From contig JAGVBK010000003.1 of the NCBI GenBank assembly GCA_020059745.1, positions 1,123-65,122 on the forward strand: a stretch of 64,000 nucleotides of DNA, in the 5' to 3' direction. Below are positions 58,592-64,000 of this stretch, in pieces (position 1 is the first letter of the stretch; each line of letters begins with the position of its first letter). Source of the stretch: Candidatus Shapirobacteria bacterium (lineage in GTDB: Bacteria > Patescibacteriota > Microgenomatia > UM-FILTER-40-11). The notes beneath the pieces are model-generated. The model saw only the letters and a program-made list of their open reading frames with translations, had not been told where the DNA came from and made no database searches. Position numbers and translations under genes: made by a program.

Positions 58592-60266
58592 AAAAGACAT
58601 TTTTTCCCTAGGACTTGTCTTGCTTTTATCTGTTCCCGCTTTTTTGCCATTGCTAAGGCCCGGGTATTTTCCAATGCATGATGATATGCAGGTAATAAGG
58701 CTAGAGCAGATGGAAAAATGCTTTCTTGACGGCCAGATTCCCTGCCGCTGGTCGCCAGACCTGGGAGCCGGTTTTGGCCAGCCGATGTTTAATTATTATT
58801 CTGCCTTTCCTTATTACTTTGGCGTTTTTTTCAGGATTTTTGGCTTTCAGTTTATTGACATTGTAAAGCTTCTCTTTCTTTTTTCTCTTGCTCTTTCCGG
58901 TGTCTTTATGTACTTTTTAGGCAAGCAATTTTTCGGGAAGCTGGGAGGAATAACGGCAGCGGTTTTTTATGTTTATGCGCCTTATCATGCGGTTGATATT
59001 TATGTTAGGGGAGCTTTGGCTGAATCCTGGGCAATAACATTTTTCCCCTTGGTCTTTTTACTGGTTTATAAACTTATTAAAGAAGGGAAACCAATATTTT
59101 TGGTTGGGTCGGTTTTATCTTTATTTCTTGTTTTTACCTCTCATAATGTTATGACCCTGATCTTTACTCCGGTTTTGCTTTTGTGGTCATTTTTTGCTAT
59201 GGCCGTTACGGGCCAAAAACGCCTTAAAGAGGTTTTGCTTTTTTTCTTTTGGTCGTTTTGTCTTTCTGCCTTTTTTATATTGCCGGCTTTTTTTGAAAAA
59301 GGGTATGTACTGATTGATTCTTTAAAAGCCGACTATTTTGATTTTCGTTTGCACTTTGCCAGTAAAAAACAGCTTCTTTGGTCAAGGCATTGGGGTTTTG
59401 GCGGCTCACTCGGGCCTGACAGCGATATGTCGCTCCAGATTGGCTGGCCGCACTGGCTTTTAGCCTGTTTTTCGGCTTTGTCTTTAGCGGCATATACTCT
59501 TAAAAAAAACTTATTAAGGAAAAGCGAAACTCTTTTAATCCCTGTCTTTTTTTTAAGTCTTTTTCTGGTTTCAGTTTTTTTTACTCACCGGCTGTCTTTG
59601 TTTTTTTGGGAAAATCTTCCTCTTCTTTCCTATGCCCAGTTTCCGTGGCGGTTTTTAGCGCTTGTTATTTTCAGTTCATCATTCTTGGCTGGGTTTATCT
59701 CCTTTTGGTTAAAAGACAAGGTAAAAGGAAAGCTTGGAATTTTACTTAGTCTCTTTATAATATTTAGCGCCATTTTTTTAAATTATTCTTATTTTAAACC
59801 CCAGGTGATGTACGGTTTTGCTACAGATGATTGGAAGTTGAGCGGAGAAGAGCTTAATAAGCAGAAAAAATCCGCTCTTTTTGACTATCTGCCTAAGCAG
59901 GTAAAAGACGCTCCTTTGCAAATTGCCCCCGATTCTCCCTGGATTGTTTCCGGCGAGGCCGAAATTTCCGAGTTTGAAAAAAGGACAAATTTTTTCAGAA
60001 TGACCGTTTCCGCAAAAGGAGATCTGCCTGCTACAATAAGGGTACCGGTTTTTGATTTTCCTAATTGGGAAATTTATGCAGATCAAAAAGTAATTCCCCA
60101 TAATTCGGAAAACAAACAAGGAGTGATTGAGTTTGAGATTGGCAGCGGCAAACACACCGTGGTCGGCTGGTTCAGAAATACCCCGCTAAGGGATCTTGCT
60201 AATGCGGTCACGCTTTTTTCTTTTGGCTCGCTGATTGTTTATTTTATTCTTAAAGAAGAAAGATGA
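58560..60266 (+). CDS. YfhO/PTPS-related membrane protein, paralog 2
   Basis: LRPGYFPMHDDMQ, GQIPCRW.PD, RGALAE, QFPWRFL. Confidence 0.8.
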   Translation: MKRIFSKENLKKDIFSLGLVLLLSVPAFLPLLRPGYFPMHDDMQVIRLEQMEKCFLDGQIPCRWSPDLGAGFGQPMFNYYSAFPYYFGVFFRIFGFQFIDIVKLLFLFSLALSGVFMYFLGKQFFGKLGGITAAVFYVYAPYHAVDIYVRGALAESWAITFFPLVFLLVYKLIKEGKPIFLVGSVLSLFLVFTSHNVMTLIFTPVLLLWSFFAMAVTGQKRLKEVLLFFFWSFCLSAFFILPAFFEKGYVLIDSLKADYFDFRLHFASKKQLLWSRHWGFGGSLGPDSDMSLQIGWPHWLLACFSALSLAAYTLKKNLLRKSETLLIPVFFLSLFLVSVFFTHRLSLFFWENLPLLSYAQFPWRFLALVIFSSSFLAGFISFWLKDKVKGKLGILLSLFIIFSAIFLNYSYFKPQVMYGFATDDWKLSGEELNKQKKSALFDYLPKQVKDAPLQIAPDSPWIVSGEAEISEFEKRTNFFRMTVSAKGDLPATIRVPVFDFPNWEIYADQKVIPHNSENKQGVIEFEIGSGKHTVVGWFRNTPLRDLANAVTLFSFGSLIVYFILKEER

Positions 60267-61984
60267 AAAAAATAATTGAGAAAGAGTTTTTTTGGATTGT
60301 TCTTCTTTTAGGGCTTTCCTTTCTTTTAATTTTACCAATTTTTAAAAGAGGTTTTTACCCTTTTCATGATGAGTCTCATGTGGCTAACCTTTACCAAATG
60401 GTGAGAGCTGTTTCTTCAGGCCAAATACCGCCGCGTTGGGCGCCTGACTTTAGTTTTAACTATGGATATCCTTTTTTTAATTTTAACTATCATTTGCCTT
60501 TTTACCTTGGTGCCTTTTTCAATCTTGTTTTCGGCCTTAGCCTGGTTTGGTCTTTGAAAATCGTTTTTGCCTTAAGCGTTCCTTTGTCAGCCCTTGCTTT
60601 TTACAAGCTTGGAAGAAAGTTTTCCTCTTCTGGTTTTTCGTTTTTTGCGGCCATGATTTACTGCCTTGCTCCTTATCGGGCAGTTGATCTTTATGTTAGA
60701 GGAGCGGTGGGAGAGCTTTGGGGGTTTGTTTTCATGCCCTTGGTTTTGCTTTCTTTTATAAACCTCATTGAGAAAAGAAGCCTTAAAAAAATAATTTTTG
60801 CCGGGCTTTCCCTGGCGGGGCTGGTTATTTCCCACAGCTTAACCACCATTGTTTTTATGCCTTTTGCGGCCTTGTTTCTTTTTTCGTGTATTCTTTTTGG
60901 GAAAGATAAAAAAAACGCCATTATTTCTTCTTTTTTTGGGCTGGTTTTAGGCTTGTCTTTAAGTGCTTACTACTGGCTGCCTGCTTTTCTGGAAAAAAAG
61001 CTAATGCAGCCCGGTACGCCTTTTAATCCTTTTGACCATTTTCCTTTTATTAAGCAGTTAGTTATTCCTTCCTGGGGATACGGAGCTTCCGTTTGGGGGC
61101 CGGGCGACGGCATGTCTTTTCAGATCGGAATTATCAATATCTTTTTTATTTTATTTTCTTTATTTTTGCTTTTGTTTTTCAGGAAAAAAACGGAAAAGTT
61201 TAATCTTAAGCTTTTTTTTGTTTCCTTAACTTTGTTTTTTTTAAGTCTTTTTTTAATGAATATTCGCTCGGGCTTTATTTGGTCTGCTTTTCCTTTGGGT
61301 GAATATGTTCAATTTCCCTGGAGATTTTTAATTATTTCCACTTTTTTTAGCTCGCTTTCTTTAGTGTTTGTGGAAAGGGTTATTGACCTTGAAAAAAAGG
61401 CGATTAGTAAATACGGGATACTGGCTCTTGTCTTTTTTTCCTTTTTTATAAACAAGCCTTATTTTAAACCTGAAAAAGAAGTTTTTACCGACGATGATTA
61501 CTTTTTAAAAAGATTTTTTATTGACCGGATTTCAACCGGGAAAAGCAAGGAACTCTCCGAAGCCTACTTTTTTTTAAGTGAGGATTATCTGCCTTTACCG
61601 GTTTGGGTTGAGAAAAGGCCCGACTCTTTGCCGGAAGAAAAAGTTGAGTTTTTGGCCGATCAGCCAAATGGGAAAATTACCTACAAAGAGATAACCCCGG
61701 TTAAATATGAAATTCAAGTTGTTTCTGAAAAGGAAGGCAAGGTAATAATTAATAACTACAACTATCCAGGCTGGACAGCAAAGGTAAACGGAAAAATTGC
61801 AGAGATAAAAACTGAAAAGCCTTATGGCAACATGTCAATTGAGGTACCTGCCGGGGCAAGCTCGATTTTGCTTTTCTTTAAGGAAACGCCGCTTCGGCTT
61901 GCAGCAGATTTAGTTAGTCTTTTCTCTTTTTTATTTTCAGCCCTAGCCCTTCTTTTAATAAAAAAAGTGGATTTTAAAAAATGA
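60263..61984 (+). CDS. YfhO/PTPS-related membrane protein, paralog 3
   Basis: PFHDE, GQIPPRWAPD..YGYP.FNF, RGAVGE, QFPWRFL, NYPGWTAKVNG. Confidence 0.8.
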   Translation: MKKIIEKEFFWIVLLLGLSFLLILPIFKRGFYPFHDESHVANLYQMVRAVSSGQIPPRWAPDFSFNYGYPFFNFNYHLPFYLGAFFNLVFGLSLVWSLKIVFALSVPLSALAFYKLGRKFSSSGFSFFAAMIYCLAPYRAVDLYVRGAVGELWGFVFMPLVLLSFINLIEKRSLKKIIFAGLSLAGLVISHSLTTIVFMPFAALFLFSCILFGKDKKNAIISSFFGLVLGLSLSAYYWLPAFLEKKLMQPGTPFNPFDHFPFIKQLVIPSWGYGASVWGPGDGMSFQIGIINIFFILFSLFLLLFFRKKTEKFNLKLFFVSLTLFFLSLFLMNIRSGFIWSAFPLGEYVQFPWRFLIISTFFSSLSLVFVERVIDLEKKAISKYGILALVFFSFFINKPYFKPEKEVFTDDDYFLKRFFIDRISTGKSKELSEAYFFLSEDYLPLPVWVEKRPDSLPEEKVEFLADQPNGKITYKEITPVKYEIQVVSEKEGKVIINNYNYPGWTAKVNGKIAEIKTEKPYGNMSIEVPAGASSILLFFKETPLRLAADLVSLFSFLFSALALLLIKKVDFKK

Positions 61985-62679
61985 AACTTTCTGTGGTTGT
62001 CCCTGTTTTTAACGAAGAAAAAACCATTAAAAAGATACTTGAAAAAGTATTGTCTGAAAAAACTCCGAAAGAGGTGATTGTGGTTGATGACGGCTCTTGT
62101 GACAAAACAAAAGAAATTCTTAAAGATATTAAAGACGAAAGAGTGAAAATAATCTTTCATGAGCAGAACAAAGGCAAAGGAGCGGCAGTGAGAACAGGTA
62201 TTAAAAATGCCGAAGGAGATTTTTTGATTATTCAAGACGCAGATTTGGAGTACGATCCGGAATGTTACCAGAAATTGGTCAATATTGTTTCTAAAGATAT
62301 AAAAGTTGTTTACGGAACAAGATTAAAAAATTTAAAATTCAGGCTTTTTGGAAAAAATAAAACTCCCATGCCACTGCATTTTGCCGCCAATCGTTTTTTG
62401 ACTTTACTGACAAATTTTCTTTACGGTTCAAAAATTACCGACATGGAAACCTGCTATAAACTCATGGCCAAAGAAGTTTACCAAAGTCTTGAGCTTGTTT
62501 CCGATAAATTTGAAATTGAGCCGGAAATAACGGCAAAAATATTAAAAAAAGGATTTAAAATTATTGAGATGCCAATTGTCTTTAAGCCAAGAACTTATAA
62601 GCAAGGGAAAAAAATAAAAACCAAAGACGCTTTTGCTGCTGTTTGGTCGCTTGTTAAATATAGAATAGTAAACAAATGA
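61981..62679 (+). CDS. GT2 glycosyltransferase (DPM1-like)
   Basis: PVFNEEKTI, VDDGS.D.T, NKGKGAA, QDADLEYDP, DMETCYK, FEIEPEIT. Confidence 0.92.
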   Translation: MKLSVVVPVFNEEKTIKKILEKVLSEKTPKEVIVVDDGSCDKTKEILKDIKDERVKIIFHEQNKGKGAAVRTGIKNAEGDFLIIQDADLEYDPECYQKLVNIVSKDIKVVYGTRLKNLKFRLFGKNKTPMPLHFAANRFLTLLTNFLYGSKITDMETCYKLMAKEVYQSLELVSDKFEIEPEITAKILKKGFKIIEMPIVFKPRTYKQGKKIKTKDAFAAVWSLVKYRIVNK

Positions 62680-64000
62680 GAACCAAACTTCTTTTATTAT
62701 TAATTTTCATTATTGCAATCTTTCTTTTTTCTTCTACCCTTTCTTGCTTTTTTGTTCAGGATGACTTTTTCCAGTTTAAGATGGCGGAGGTTGAAAAAGC
62801 AGGGGACTTTTTTGCATTTTTTCTTCCGGGAAATAAATTCGGTTACAGGTTTTACCGTCCTTTGACGCATCAGGGCTTTTTCTTTCTCGGCAGAAGTCTT
62901 TTTGGCCTGAATCCTCTTGGTTTTAGATTAATAATGACAGGGTTTTTCTTAGCCAACATTTATTTGGTTTACCGTTTGGCGGAAAAGATGGTTTCAGAGA
63001 AAGTTGGCCTTATTGCCGGCTTTCTTTATGCAATTTGTTCCTGCCATTTTACCTCTTTATCTTATATTTCCACTTTTGGGAGTATTGCCGTTGCATTTTT
63101 TATCTTTTTGACAATTCATTTTTATCTTAAGGAAAAAAAGCTTGCTCCCATTATTTTTGTTTTGGCTTTATTGTCTTGGGAAACGGCAGTTACTCTCCCC
63201 CTGGTCCTTTTGCTGGCTGAAATGTTTGGCGAAAAAAGATGGGAAAGGCTGATTATATATTTTTTAATTGCCGCAGGATATGTTGCTTTTCGTTTGTCGT
63301 TTTTTGCTTTTCCGAAAGGGGACAGCTATCAAATGTCCCTGACCGTTAAAAGTATTTTGAATACTTTGGCTTGGTATGTTTTTTGGGCGCTAGGAGCTCC
63401 TGAAAACATGGTTGATTTTGTTGGCTCAGGATTCAGGCCCACGGAGCGTTTTAACGAAGTATTTGGCTTAAGCGGTAAGCTTATTGTTGCCGGAGCAATG
63501 CTCGTCTTAATAGCGGTTGGCATCAGGTTTTTTCAGCTTTTGCTTCAAAAAAACAATAAACAAATCCGGGCTGAAATAATTGTCTTCTCCGGCTGGTTTT
63601 TGATTTTTCTTTTGCCTTTTCTTTTTTGGCCGCAGCACAAATTTGCGTATTATCTTGAAGCACCCCTTTTCGGGTTTTGCGTTCTAATTTCTTTGGCTAT
63701 CACTAAACTTCCCAAACTTTTTGCTTATTTGGTTTTTCTTTCTTTTATTACCACTTCACTTTTAACTGTCAACTTTTACAGAAATAACTATTGGACGGTA
63801 GGCAGGTCTAAACTTGCCAAAGAGTTAATTGACGATTTAAAAGTTAATTTCCCTGATGTTCAAAAAGGTTCTATTTTTTATTTTAAAAATGACCCTGAAT
63901 ATAAATTTATTTCCAAGGAATGGGGAGGATCAAGCTCTCAAGCAAAAATTGCAATTTCAGGCTGCAATGCGCCCCAAATAATTTATGGCGATAAAACTCT
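62676..64000 (+). CDS. GT-C (TMTC/PMT-like) membrane glycosyltransferase, truncated by window end (not in ORF track)
   Basis: Manual translation MRTKLLLLLIFIIAIF...FFVQDDFF...FYRPL...LFGLNPLGFR; ATGA overlap with the upstream stop. Confidence 0.72.
   Translation, partial: MRTKLLLLLIFIIAIFLFSSTLSCFFVQDDFFQFKMAEVEKAGDFFAFFLPGNKFGYRFYRPLTHQGFFFLGRSLFGLNPLGFRLIMTGFFLANIYLVYRLAEKMVSEKVGLIAGFLYAICSCHFTSLSYISTFGSIAVAFFIFLTIHFYLKEKKLAPIIFVLALLSWETAVTLPLVLLLAEMFGEKRWERLIIYFLIAAGYVAFRLSFFAFPKGDSYQMSLTVKSILNTLAWYVFWALGAPENMVDFVGSGFRPTERFNEVFGLSGKLIVAGAMLVLIAVGIRFFQLLLQKNNKQIRAEIIVFSGWFLIFLLPFLFWPQHKFAYYLEAPLFGFCVLISLAITKLPKLFAYLVFLSFITTSLLTVNFYRNNYWTVGRSKLAKELIDDLKVNFPDVQKGSIFYFKNDPEYKFISKEWGGSSSQAKIAISGCNAPQIIYGDKT

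Noticed and set aside
492-63523. Numerous 60-180 aa antisense or alternate-frame ORFs in the track
   Set aside because: They overlap well-supported genes, lack motifs, and look like shadow ORFs
1-64000. tRNA, rRNA or riboswitch; alternative genetic code (TGA=Gly)
   Set aside because: No cloverleaf or rRNA-like segment recognised by eye; conserved genes such as secA and serS end properly at TGA under code 11

Overview
Chromosomal segment of an AT-rich bacterium. The gene repertoire and style (streamlined UvrA/UvrC, many GT-C glycosyltransferases, sortase plus SipW/TasA-type surface proteins, few Shine-Dalgarno sites) suggest Patescibacteria/CPR, Microgenomates-like; this is inference. Housekeeping genes: serS (partial), mtaB, secA, uvrC-uvrA/uvrB-ogt, prfB, ftsEX with an M23 partner, galE, hsp20, rmlA, rmlB and trmD. 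A roughly 10 kb surface island (28.1-39.4 kb) holds a sortase, a 2075-aa LPxxG adhesin, TasA-like/SipW/LTD genes and a CAP protein. An 18 kb glycosylation island (46-64 kb) holds 4 GT2 and 9 GT-C genes. The main unusual signals are: (1) a family of heptamer-built inverted-repeat hairpins, one copy enclosing a four-helix-bundle gene and two empty copies in front of uvrA and prfB; (2) an S41 protease in which a J-domain-like insert replaces the PDZ domain; (3) a circularly permuted M23 peptidase; (4) a recurrent GxVLG motif in exported proteins; (5) pervasive leaderless-type promoters; (6) in-frame repeat insertions in trmD and mtaB. No rRNA, tRNA, CRISPR array or transposase was recognised. All family calls are from motif recognition by eye; no searches were run.
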